From: Clostridia bacterium
GTDB lineage: Bacteria; Bacillota; DTU086
Direction of reading: 5' to 3'
Length of the DNA: 64,000 nt
Assembly: GCA_012523575.1 (NCBI GenBank)
Contig: JAAYIF010000006.1
Span: 64,064-128,063, forward strand
The position numbers and the translations under genes are program-made. Positions 42,514 to 51,234 of this stretch are shown here, one piece after another; position 1 is the stretch's first letter, and each line of letters opens with the position of its first letter. The notes below the pieces were generated by a model. That model saw nothing but the letters and a program-made list of their open reading frames with translations. It was not told the origin of the DNA and did not search any database.

Positions 42514-42549
42514 ATATGTATTGTATTAACTTTTATATAAGATGTCAAG
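42514..42549 (-). promoter_or_regulatory. strong consensus sigma-A promoter, TTGACA-17-TACAAT, pointing toward rny
   Basis: On the minus strand: TTGACATCTTATATAAAAGTTAATACAAT, about 60 nt downstream of the recA stop. Confidence 0.5.
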
Positions 42550-42605
42550 CAACGGGCCTAACTCCAATACCCTTATTCAACTACACTTAAATCATGTTGA
42601 TCACA

Positions 42606-43652
42606 TTAAGCTTTTTCCTTATTGTCTTTATTTTCTCTTTCATTTTTATGCCTGCTCTTGAGGTATCTTTCATTCAACGCATTTCTAATTTTAGTCTCAA
42701 TCTTATCGGCAATGTTGGGATTTTCAATTAAAAAAATTCTTGCATTTTCCTTACCTTGCCCCAAACGATGTTCCTCAAAGGAATACCAAGTGCCACTCTT
42801 TTTAATAATATCCAGGTTAACCCCTAGATCCAGCAAATTGGTTTCTCTGGAAATCCCCTCTCCATAAATAATATCAAACTCAGCTTCTCTAAAGGGAGGA
42901 GCCACTTTATTTTTTACCACCTTAACTTTGGTACGATTGCCAATTACTTCATTTCCCTGCTTCAATGCTTCAATTTTTCTTACTTCCATACGAACTGAGG
43001 CATAGAATTTTAAAGCACGACCCCCCGGTGTGGTTTCAGGGTTCCCGAACATAATACCCACCTTTTCCCTGATTTGGTTTATAAAAACTGCCACTGTTCG
43101 GGATTTGCTTATGACACCGGAAAGCTTTCGAAGGGCCTGGGACATAAGTCGAGCTTGGAGGCCAACATGTGCATCTCCCATTTCACCTTCAAGTTCTGCC
43201 CTCGGGACCAGCGCTGCCACAGAGTCAATCACCACAATATCAATGGCACTGCTTCTCACTAAAGCTTCTGCAATCTCCAATGCCTGCTCTCCGGTATCAG
43301 GCTGCGAAACCAAAAGGTTATCAATATCCACACCTAAGTTCTTAGCATATGTAGGGTCAAGGGCATGTTCAGCATCAATGAATGCAGCATATCCGCCTCT
43401 TTTTTGAGCTTCGGCTATAATATGAAGGGCTACCGTGGTTTTACCCGAAGATTCAGGCCCAAAAATTTCTACAATTCTTCCCCGAGGAACTCCTCCAACG
43501 CCTAAAGCCAAATCAAGGGTCAGAGCTCCGGTGGGAATTACCTCCACATTTAATTTTGAAGAAACTTCCCCTAATCTCATAATTGAGCCCTTACCAAACT
43601 GCTTTTCAATCTGCCCAACGGCCATTTCCAAGGCCTTTGTTTTTTCTAGCAT
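42606..43652 (-). CDS. recA: recombinase RecA
   Basis: ...[20 protein letters not shown]... and other canonical RecA motifs; 348 aa. Confidence 0.95.
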   Translation of the reverse strand: MLEKTKALEMAVGQIEKQFGKGSIMRLGEVSSKLNVEVIPTGALTLDLALGVGGVPRGRIVEIFGPESSGKTTVALHIIAEAQKRGGYAAFIDAEHALDPTYAKNLGVDIDNLLVSQPDTGEQALEIAEALVRSSAIDIVVIDSVAALVPRAELEGEMGDAHVGLQARLMSQALRKLSGVISKSRTVAVFINQIREKVGIMFGNPETTPGGRALKFYASVRMEVRKIEALKQGNEVIGNRTKVKVVKNKVAPPFREAEFDIIYGEGISRETNLLDLGVNLDIIKKSGTWYSFEEHRLGQGKENARIFLIENPNIADKIETKIRNALNERYLKSRHKNERENKDNKEKA

Positions 43653-43667
43653 TTATAACCCTCCCAG

Positions 43668-43679
43668 GAACATGTGTTC
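43668..43679. promoter_or_regulatory. LexA (Cheo) box GAACATGTGTTC, a perfect palindrome, 2 nt upstream of the recA SD
   Basis: aGGAACATGTGTTCGaa; upstream promoter-like TTGACT, 18 nt, TATTAT at about 43690-43720 on the minus strand. Confidence 0.7.
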
Positions 43680-43737
43680 GAATTTTGCTTTTATTTATAA
43701 TAAATATAACCTTACTGAAAAGTCAACTTTTTTAAGC

Positions 43738-44286
43738 TTATTTAAGCTTAAAGGAAGATACTTGACTATAAATGGGGCCTCTAGGTAAGAGCCTGCTTTC
43801 CATAAGGACAATTTCCGAAATATATTCCCTAAAAGAAAAATTTATATTTGGAAAGGAAGATATTAAATTTTCAATATTGTTTTTAGAGCGAACCCTGCCC
43901 AATGTGACATGGGGAGAAAAATTTTTTGAAAATTCAAATCCCCTTTTGTAAAGAATATCCTTTAAAAAGGAATATATTTGGTTCAACTCCTTTTGACCTT
44001 CGGTTATTCCTATCCAAATAACCCTAGGGTTCCTCTTGTTAGGAAAAACCCCTAAACCTGACAGGACAATTTCAAAAGGAGAAATCCCCTTCAATCCGCT
44101 GTTGATATCGGAAATAACCGCTTCGGCCTGTTCCCTGCTTATTTCTCCTAAGAAAGACAAAGTTAAGTGATAATTGTTTTCTTCAACCCACTTAACATCG
44201 GCTTTATATCTTCTCAATTGTCCTTGAATTTGATGAATTCTTCGCTTATTTTCAGGGGAAAACTCCACCGCTATAAAGGCTCTCAT
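43738..44286 (-). CDS. thpR: RNA 2',3'-cyclic phosphodiesterase (2'-5' RNA ligase family, ThpR/LigT)
   Basis: Two H-x-T/S-x motifs (HLTLSFLG and HVTLGRV). Confidence 0.75.
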   Translation of the reverse strand: MRAFIAVEFSPENKRRIHQIQGQLRRYKADVKWVEENNYHLTLSFLGEISREQAEAVISDINSGLKGISPFEIVLSGLGVFPNKRNPRVIWIGITEGQKELNQIYSFLKDILYKRGFEFSKNFSPHVTLGRVRSKNNIENLISSFPNINFSFREYISEIVLMESRLLPRGPIYSQVSSFKLK

Positions 44287-44364
44287 AATGACATTATCCC
44301 TCTTAAAAAAGAAGTTAAAGACCATTTCGTTTTTTATTAAACAAAATCCTTCAATTACAATAGT

Positions 44365-45762
44365 TTACTGATTAATTATTTTTCGTGTCATTGTAAAAAC
44401 ACCGCTGATATTGTTAATGGTCAGCAGGTCCGCAGCCCGCAGAATCCAGTTATTGTCCTCATCCCTTTCAAAATGTAGTAAAACCACTGTATAGGGTATC
44501 TCTTTGGAGGTTTGTAAATTTCTGATACCCGCTGCACCGCTGGTCCCGGCATTTATAATAACGGAACCGCCTTCATTATCTATGGAAAAACTATGACTGT
44601 GACCGCACAGCAAAACCGGTGCATACCCAACAAACTCCCTTATAATATTTGGTCTGTGTGCCGCTATAATAGTAGGTCTAAATCCTTCCTTCTCAAAAAG
44701 TTCCTTTAATTTACTTATTTCCTGTTCCACTTGGTCATCTTCGCTAAAAAGTATATCGCCGCCTTTTGAAGAGGGATCCGCAATTCCCGCTACGGGTATA
44801 CCCCTTACCACACTCCCTCCGCCGTTAAGCAGGATAACATTTTCAAGAGAAGACATGGTTTCAATAATCTGCGGGGAATCATGATTTCCTGCCACAAAAA
44901 CATAGGGTATTCCCAGTGTTCCCACTTCCTCCACAAGAGCAGTTTCAAGGGAGGTGCCAAAATCGGTAATATCCCCTGTGTCAACAATAAAGGATACGTC
45001 AAAATCGGCAACAATTTTTTTAATAAACCGGTAGGCAGCGGGATTATTATGAATATCCGATACATGAAGAACCCTTACGGTGCTGCTGTCCTCCGAACTT
45101 AAAGGCTGAATATCCTCTATCTTTTCAAACATATCATAAAAATTGCTTGCAATAATTTCCATCTGTTTCTCCAGCTTGTCCACTTTGGCCAAGGATTCTT
45201 CTGCTAAACGAACCATCCATGGAGCCGCCCTCAAAATGCCTTGATATTCAGGTTTTAAAAAGCTTTTTGCATCATAGGTATAATAAGTACCCAATAACAG
45301 AAAAGCGGCCGTTAATATTCCCACTGCTGCTCCCTTTAAATAAACATATATATTTTTGTTTTTTAACAGGAGCATTGCAAAGGAGCCGCCTAAGGCCGCA
45401 AAAAATAAACTTCGATAAAAAATTAGCTTAACGCATTTATATATTTCATCAATGAAAAGGTTTATCACTTCCTGCTTGGTGATGGGGTCACTGAGCATGT
45501 TTTTAAGAACTTCTATATCAATATTTTGGAGGGTAATAACCAGTTTTAAAGGCGTCTTATGGGTTGCTGCGCTTATCTTCCCAATGGGAGGAATAAAAAT
45601 TTCCGTTTTGCCCCAATCCGTAAAAACCATATCCACGTTAAATTGAAAGGCTTTAACCTGAAAATCGGTTCCGGAAAAAAGAAAAACAAAAGCCAGCGCA
45701 CCAACGGCAGCCAGCATTAATCCAACCCAGAAAATTCTTTTATTTTCTTTCACGTCCCTCAA
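44365..45762 (-). CDS. membrane-anchored calcineurin-like metallophosphoesterase
   Basis: N-terminal TM segments, then ...VLHVSDIHNN..., ...VDTGDITDFG..., ...FVAGNHD... motifs. Confidence 0.75.
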   Translation of the reverse strand: MRDVKENKRIFWVGLMLAAVGALAFVFLFSGTDFQVKAFQFNVDMVFTDWGKTEIFIPPIGKISAATHKTPLKLVITLQNIDIEVLKNMLSDPITKQEVINLFIDEIYKCVKLIFYRSLFFAALGGSFAMLLLKNKNIYVYLKGAAVGILTAAFLLLGTYYTYDAKSFLKPEYQGILRAAPWMVRLAEESLAKVDKLEKQMEIIASNFYDMFEKIEDIQPLSSEDSSTVRVLHVSDIHNNPAAYRFIKKIVADFDVSFIVDTGDITDFGTSLETALVEEVGTLGIPYVFVAGNHDSPQIIETMSSLENVILLNGGGSVVRGIPVAGIADPSSKGGDILFSEDDQVEQEISKLKELFEKEGFRPTIIAAHRPNIIREFVGYAPVLLCGHSHSFSIDNEGGSVIINAGTSGAAGIRNLQTSKEIPYTVVLLHFERDEDNNWILRAADLLTINNISGVFTMTRKIINQ

Positions 45763-46244
45763 TCCTTCAGCAGTTCATTTAAGAAAAACCGCATTGCCTC
45801 CAAGACAGTTTGATATCTTATTTCATGCCTGGAACCCTTAAGGTTTAATCTCATCCAGAGATTTTTATCCGCTGAACTAAAACCAACAAAAACAAGCCCA
45901 ACTGGCTTGGTTGAAGTTCCCCCTCCCGGACCTGCAATACCTGTGGTGGAAAGTCCGTAATGAGAATCTGCCAGCTTTCTAACTCCTTCTGCCATTTCCA
46001 TGGCTACTTCTTTACTAACAGCACCATATTGAAATAATGAGCTTTCATTTACCCCTAAAATTTCAATTTTTGCCTTATTACTGTAGCTCACAACCCCGTA
46101 ACCAAAATAAGCAGAACTTCCGGGTACATCCGTTATAGCCGAAGCCAACATCCCTCCGGTACAGGATTCGGCCACAGCTATGGTTTTATTTTGCTTCAAC
46201 AGCAATTTTCCTATTTCCTTGCTCAACATAAATTTTTCATCCAT
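45759..46244 (-). CDS. CinA C-terminal domain protein (nicotinamide-nucleotide amidohydrolase PncC-like)
   Basis: ...TIAVAESCTGGMLASAIT... motif. The track ORF starts 21 codons upstream (to 46307) and would overlap the preceding gene. Confidence 0.75.
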   Translation of the reverse strand: MDEKFMLSKEIGKLLLKQNKTIAVAESCTGGMLASAITDVPGSSAYFGYGVVSYSNKAKIEILGVNESSLFQYGAVSKEVAMEMAEGVRKLADSHYGLSTTGIAGPGGGTSTKPVGLVFVGFSSADKNLWMRLNLKGSRHEIRYQTVLEAMRFFLNELLKD

Positions 46245-46287
46245 ATAGTATGCACCTTTTAATGAGTTTTTTAACATTATCTTTATC

Positions 46288-47769
46288 TTATGCACATTTA
46301 GAATCATTAATTAATTGGCTTATTTCTTCCGCCACAATGCTTTCATTTCTTCTTAGCTGATCCGCCATATTTTTTAATATATGAAGATTTCTGTTTAACA
46401 GTTTTTTTACTTTTTCTTCTTCCACCCTGATAATTCTGCTGATTTCTTCATGCAGCACATCCTTTGATAAATCCTCTTCGCTTATTACCCCTAAGTCAGA
46501 CAAACCCGAATAAATTATCTGTTTTGACAGATTAACGGCTTGCTGAAAATCATTGGTAGCCCCAGTGCTTTTATTTCCTAAAAGCAGCTGTTCAGCCGCT
46601 GAACCGGCTAAAAAAATTTGAATTTGGTTTTCTAAATATTCTTTGGTATATAGATAAGAATCATCCTTTGGATTATGCCTCGTATATCCAAGGGCATTTC
46701 CCCTGGATGTTATGGTAACGTGGGACACGGAATTGGGAAAAATAAGTTCACTAGCCAATGCGTGACCAGCTTCATGTACAGCTACTCTATATATTTCTTC
46801 ATCACTCGGCTTATTATTAAGTTTTTCTCCCAGCATAACTTTATCCACTGCTTCTCTAAAATGCCTTTGTGAAATTTTGTCCCTGTTTTCTCGCAAAGCT
46901 AAAATAGCAGCCTCATTAGCTATACTTTCCAAATGGGCTCCTGAAAAACCAAAGGTTTCTCCTGCTATGGCTTCCAAATCAACATCCTTATCCAGGGGCT
47001 TATTTCGCGTATGGAGTTTCAATATTTCCAATCTTCCCTTTTTATCCGGAAGATCAACCTTAACCTGTCTATCAAATCTTCCCGGTCTAAGAAGGGCAGG
47101 ATCAAGCATATCTGCACGGTTTGTTGCCGCTATGACCAGGATTCTAACCTTATCGTCATTGCGGATTCCATCCATTTCCACCAGAAGCTGGTTAAGGGTT
47201 TGATCATATTCCATATGGCTGCTTTTATGAGTCCCTCTTTTGTTGGCTAAAACATCAATTTCATCAATGAATATTATGCTGCTATTTTTTTTCTCGGCTA
47301 AAGCTAGGTCCCGTGCTTTTTTAAATATACTGCGAACCCTCTGGGCACCCACCCCGGCATACATCTCTATAAATTCGCTGCCATTGGTTGCAACAAAAAC
47401 TGAATCTGTATATGCTGCAGCAGCCTTGGCCAACAAAGTCTTACCCGTTCCCGGAGGACCTGTTAAAAGTATACCTTTTAAAGGCCTAATGCCCATTTCT
47501 TTAACCTTTTCAGACTTGATAAGAAATTCAAGGGCTTCCTTTAATTCATTTTTGGCTATGTCCTGACCGCCAATGTCCTCAAAGGAAATACCCCCTGATG
47601 GCTTATACAGGTTGGCATTAAAATTTCCAAGGAGGCCTTTTTGGAAAATAGTAAAATACAGTAAACCCCCTAAAAGAACTAATAAAAAAATAGGCAGAAC
47701 ATTATAGCCTATCCATACAAGAAATATAGACAAACCAATGAGCATGCCCAAGACAATTTCTTTAATCAA
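46288..47769 (-). CDS. FtsH-like AAA+ zinc metalloprotease (short form, two N-terminal TM helices, no large extracytoplasmic domain)
   Basis: ...LLTGPPGTGKTLLAKAAA... Walker A, SRH region, HEAGHAL zinc site; 493 aa. Confidence 0.8.
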   Translation of the reverse strand: MIKEIVLGMLIGLSIFLVWIGYNVLPIFLLVLLGGLLYFTIFQKGLLGNFNANLYKPSGGISFEDIGGQDIAKNELKEALEFLIKSEKVKEMGIRPLKGILLTGPPGTGKTLLAKAAAAYTDSVFVATNGSEFIEMYAGVGAQRVRSIFKKARDLALAEKKNSSIIFIDEIDVLANKRGTHKSSHMEYDQTLNQLLVEMDGIRNDDKVRILVIAATNRADMLDPALLRPGRFDRQVKVDLPDKKGRLEILKLHTRNKPLDKDVDLEAIAGETFGFSGAHLESIANEAAILALRENRDKISQRHFREAVDKVMLGEKLNNKPSDEEIYRVAVHEAGHALASELIFPNSVSHVTITSRGNALGYTRHNPKDDSYLYTKEYLENQIQIFLAGSAAEQLLLGNKSTGATNDFQQAVNLSKQIIYSGLSDLGVISEEDLSKDVLHEEISRIIRVEEEKVKKLLNRNLHILKNMADQLRRNESIVAEEISQLINDSKCA

Positions 47770-47772
47770 AGC

Positions 47773-48318
47773 TTATCCACTCCCAGGTGTGAAATTGTCC
47801 TCCTCATAATTAAATTGTCTATTAATTATTTCATACAAATAATTATCTCCCTCATGAAATTGGACATATATATTTTTGCTATCGATAAATATATTAAACC
47901 TCTCTATTCCTGCCTCTGAAACCAATTTGGAAATATGATCATGCATATATATAAAGTCACCTTTTATAATGGCCTGATGGATAGCAAACTGGCTTTTATA
48001 AAAAAGATCTTCCAAAAGCTTATCACGTTCATCAGTAATAACAATCTTTAAATCTTGAGAAGCTTCCAATTCCTTTAATTTATTTTCTATGTTGATATAT
48101 GCCCTTTGAAGATTTTCCACTTTTTTTAATTTTATTTCTACAACATTGGTTTTCTCAAAAAGCTTACTTTCTTCAACTTCCGGCAGTGAATTAACAGCTT
48201 CCACTAGCGGGGTTTCTAAAAAATATTTTTTATATAACCACTGTCCTGCAAATAATAATCCCAATACTATTAAAACCACAACAGCAATTAATGGATATCT
48301 AAGCTCTCTCAGCTGCAC
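47773..48318 (-). CDS. hypothetical membrane-anchored protein
   Basis: N-terminal TM segment (LIAVVVLIVLGLLFAG) followed by a soluble approximately 150-aa domain; 4-nt gap to the FtsH-like gene. Confidence 0.45.
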   Translation of the reverse strand: MQLRELRYPLIAVVVLIVLGLLFAGQWLYKKYFLETPLVEAVNSLPEVEESKLFEKTNVVEIKLKKVENLQRAYINIENKLKELEASQDLKIVITDERDKLLEDLFYKSQFAIHQAIIKGDFIYMHDHISKLVSEAGIERFNIFIDSKNIYVQFHEGDNYLYEIINRQFNYEEDNFTPGSG

Positions 48319-48400
48319 GGTTTCAGCTCCTTTTAGATTTCAAATCAATTATAGCATAGAATTTTCAGGACAAGCCTTGAAAGTAATGGAAGTCGCTGAC

Positions 48401-48952
48401 TTATTCGGAGTTTACAAATACTTCTTTGGCCTTTACAAAATAATTAATTCCGGATAAAACGGTAACAGCAACTGTTGTATAAAGAATGACCCTTATTAAT
48501 GAAAGCCCCCTCATATCTAACTGTAAATCGTAAACCAGCAACAGAATTACCACTGCTATAATTTGTAATACTGTTTTAATTTTTCCCCAATTATTAGCGG
48601 GAATAACTATTCCCCTATCAATAGCCAGGGTCCTTAATCCTGTAACGGCAAATTCCCTGGCAACAATGACTATTGCTATCCAGGCATCCACAAGGTTCAA
48701 TTCCACTAAGTATATAAAAGCAGAAGTGATAAGAAGTTTATCTGCAAGGGGATCAAGGAATTTTCCTAAATTAGTAACTTCCTTTCGGGCCCTAGCAAGA
48801 TAACCATCTAATCCATCGGTTCCCGCAGCAATAACAAAAACAGCGGCAGCAACCAAATTGGAATAGGGTATATTAATTAAAAGAATAGCTAAAAAAAGCG
48901 GGATCATACTTATTCTAACCAGAGTTATGGTATTGGCTATATTCACCGTCAA
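48401..48952 (-). CDS. pgsA: CDP-diacylglycerol--glycerol-3-phosphate 3-phosphatidyltransferase
   Basis: ...IPNTITLVRI..., ...AAGTDGLDGYLAR... CDP-alcohol phosphatidyltransferase motif. Confidence 0.85.
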   Translation of the reverse strand: MTVNIANTITLVRISMIPLFLAILLINIPYSNLVAAAVFVIAAGTDGLDGYLARARKEVTNLGKFLDPLADKLLITSAFIYLVELNLVDAWIAIVIVAREFAVTGLRTLAIDRGIVIPANNWGKIKTVLQIIAVVILLLVYDLQLDMRGLSLIRVILYTTVAVTVLSGINYFVKAKEVFVNSE

Positions 48953-50279
48953 CCTCCCCCATTAAATCGTAGTCATACACATGGCTTATATATACATTTA
49001 CAAAGTTGCCTATATGCTCATTTTTTGCTCCTTTTATATATACTTGTCCATCAATCTCCGGAGCCTGACTCTCCGCTCTGCCTACATAAAATTCGTCATT
49101 TTCTTCTGACTTTCCTTCCACAAGAACTGGTATTTTTCTATTTAAAAAACGCATATTTCTTTTTTCGGAAATTTTTGCCTGTATTTCACTTAACACTGCC
49201 AATCTTTTTTCAATTTCCTTCTGTGGTACTTTAGGATGTAGATTATATGCAGGAGTACCAATTTGTGGTGAAAAGGCAAAAAAGCCTACCCAATCCAACT
49301 CAACTTTTTCAATAAAAGAAACCAGTTCCTCAAATTCTTGCTGTCCTTCCCCGGGAAAGCCCACAATGAAAGTTGTTCTTAACGTTATATCTGGTACTTC
49401 ATCCCTTAAAAAGGAAATAATATCAAGATAGCTTCTATAATCTCCTTCTCTGTTCATTTTTTTAAGAAGTTCTCCATTTACATGCTGCATGGGAATATCT
49501 AAATATTTGCAGATGCTGCTGTTTCCTTTCATTACTTGAATCAGTTTTTTGCTTATTCTGGTGGGATAATAGTACAAAAACCGCAACCAATGAACGTTAC
49601 TTTTATTTACTATAGATTCTAAAAGCTCCGGTAGATCTGTTTTGTTATCGAGATCAGTGCCATATAAAGAAGTATCCTGAGCCACCAAACATATTTCTTT
49701 AACTCCATTTTCAACCAGCATTTTTGCTTCATCCAAAATTACGTTCAATGGTCTGCTCCTATAGCTACCCCTAAGTTTTGGAATAATACAGTAGGAACAG
49801 CAGTTAACACAGCCTTCGGCTATTTTTAAATAAGCCGTATATTTAGGGGTGAGGAGATGTCTTTTTCCAGTTTCTGCGTAGTTAAAATCCGGGCTGCCCA
49901 CAACACAAATCCTTTCCTTTATGCCTTCTGCAATCACATCTTTAATTTTTAAAAAGTCTCCTGTGCCAAAAATAGCATCTATTTCCGGAATTTCATAAAG
50001 CAGCTCTTCTTTATATTTTTGGGGAAGACACCCCATAACTATCAGATATTTGCAAAGTCCATTTTTTTTATATTCTGCAGCTTCAAGAATTTTATATATT
50101 GATTCTTGATCAGCTTCTTCAGTGAATGCGCAAGTATTTATTATTATAATTTCGGCTTCACTGGGATTTTCTGTTTTATTATAACGGTTCTCCAATAAAT
50201 TATATAAAAGCATTTCGGAATCTATCATGTTTTTGCTGCATCCTAAATTGATCAAATAGAACTTTTTCAATTTGAGCAC
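48915..50279 (-). CDS. rimO: ribosomal protein S12 methylthiotransferase
   Basis: MTTase N-terminus, radical-SAM CVNCCSYC, TRAM domain. Confidence 0.8.
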   Translation of the reverse strand: MLKLKKFYLINLGCSKNMIDSEMLLYNLLENRYNKTENPSEAEIIIINTCAFTEEADQESIYKILEAAEYKKNGLCKYLIVMGCLPQKYKEELLYEIPEIDAIFGTGDFLKIKDVIAEGIKERICVVGSPDFNYAETGKRHLLTPKYTAYLKIAEGCVNCCSYCIIPKLRGSYRSRPLNVILDEAKMLVENGVKEICLVAQDTSLYGTDLDNKTDLPELLESIVNKSNVHWLRFLYYYPTRISKKLIQVMKGNSSICKYLDIPMQHVNGELLKKMNREGDYRSYLDIISFLRDEVPDITLRTTFIVGFPGEGQQEFEELVSFIEKVELDWVGFFAFSPQIGTPAYNLHPKVPQKEIEKRLAVLSEIQAKISEKRNMRFLNRKIPVLVEGKSEENDEFYVGRAESQAPEIDGQVYIKGAKNEHIGNFVNVYISHVYDYDLMGEVDGEYSQYHNSG

Positions 50280-50332
50280 CTTCTTCTTCCTTTGCCCTAT
50301 TTTTAAGACCGCAGAATTTTCTGCGGTCTTTT

Positions 50333-51133
50333 TTAGCTTTCCTTCTCAAAGGTCCTTGTTATTACTTCTCCAAGCCTTCCTAGAGACGGTAGCTCCGTCC
50401 CGTTATGGACAACCCGCGCCGCTCCTGCGTTTCCAAGGGTTATTGTTAATTCTGACTCATCCTGAAAAACTCTTTTTTCTCCTTCTTTCATTATCCCCTC
50501 ATAAAGGGTTTCACTACTGGTTCTTACCCTAACCCAGCATTCTTGTTCCACAATTTCTATTTCAATTTCCACCCCTTCTATCTGCTCCTGGTTTTCTTGT
50601 TCATTGGGACCTAAAGGGGGCTCTTCTTTATTTTCAGCAGAATTCTTGTCCTCCTTAACAGAAGGGGAGTTTCTATCATTCCTATCCTCATTCATGGATA
50701 TACCTTCATTTTGTATATTTTTATCATTATTGGGGATGTTTGAGTCTCCCCCAATATTGCTCATAAATAAATTTACTGCAAACAAAAGCACAAGAATCCC
50801 AATGACTGCTGCAATATATTTAAAAGGTTTGCTTTTTCTCAAAAAAATTTGTTCTGCTTGAATAGGCTTTGTTATTTCAAGCTCTTTTTCCTCTTCAGAT
50901 GGGGTAAAGATATTTTCAAACTCTTCCAAAATCTCCTCATGATCCAGATTGAGGAATTTAGCATATATTTTCAAAAACCCCTTGGCATATGTTTTTCCGG
51001 GAATAACGTCAAATTCTTCTTTTTCTAGTGCCTGCAGATATTTTTTTCTTATTTTTGTAGCTTCTTCCACCTCACGTAATGATAAACCCATACTTTCCCT
51101 AGCTGCTTTTAACTTTTCCCCTAAAGCTCCCAA
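50333..51133 (-). CDS. rodZ: cytoskeleton protein RodZ (YmfM-like)
   Basis: N-terminal XRE-type HTH (LGEKLKAARESMGLSLREVEEATKIRKKYLQALE), a TM segment, a charged linker and a C-terminal DUF4115-like domain. Confidence 0.7.
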   Translation of the reverse strand: MGALGEKLKAARESMGLSLREVEEATKIRKKYLQALEKEEFDVIPGKTYAKGFLKIYAKFLNLDHEEILEEFENIFTPSEEEKELEITKPIQAEQIFLRKSKPFKYIAAVIGILVLLFAVNLFMSNIGGDSNIPNNDKNIQNEGISMNEDRNDRNSPSVKEDKNSAENKEEPPLGPNEQENQEQIEGVEIEIEIVEQECWVRVRTSSETLYEGIMKEGEKRVFQDESELTITLGNAGAARVVHNGTELPSLGRLGEVITRTFEKES

Positions 51134-51234
51134 TGCAACTCAACTCCTACTTTCTTTTTATTATTAAAATACTCACCAATTACCGCTGCAGTTTTTTGAA
51201 CCTGATATGCCTAGGACAGTTTAAAATCGCCGTT

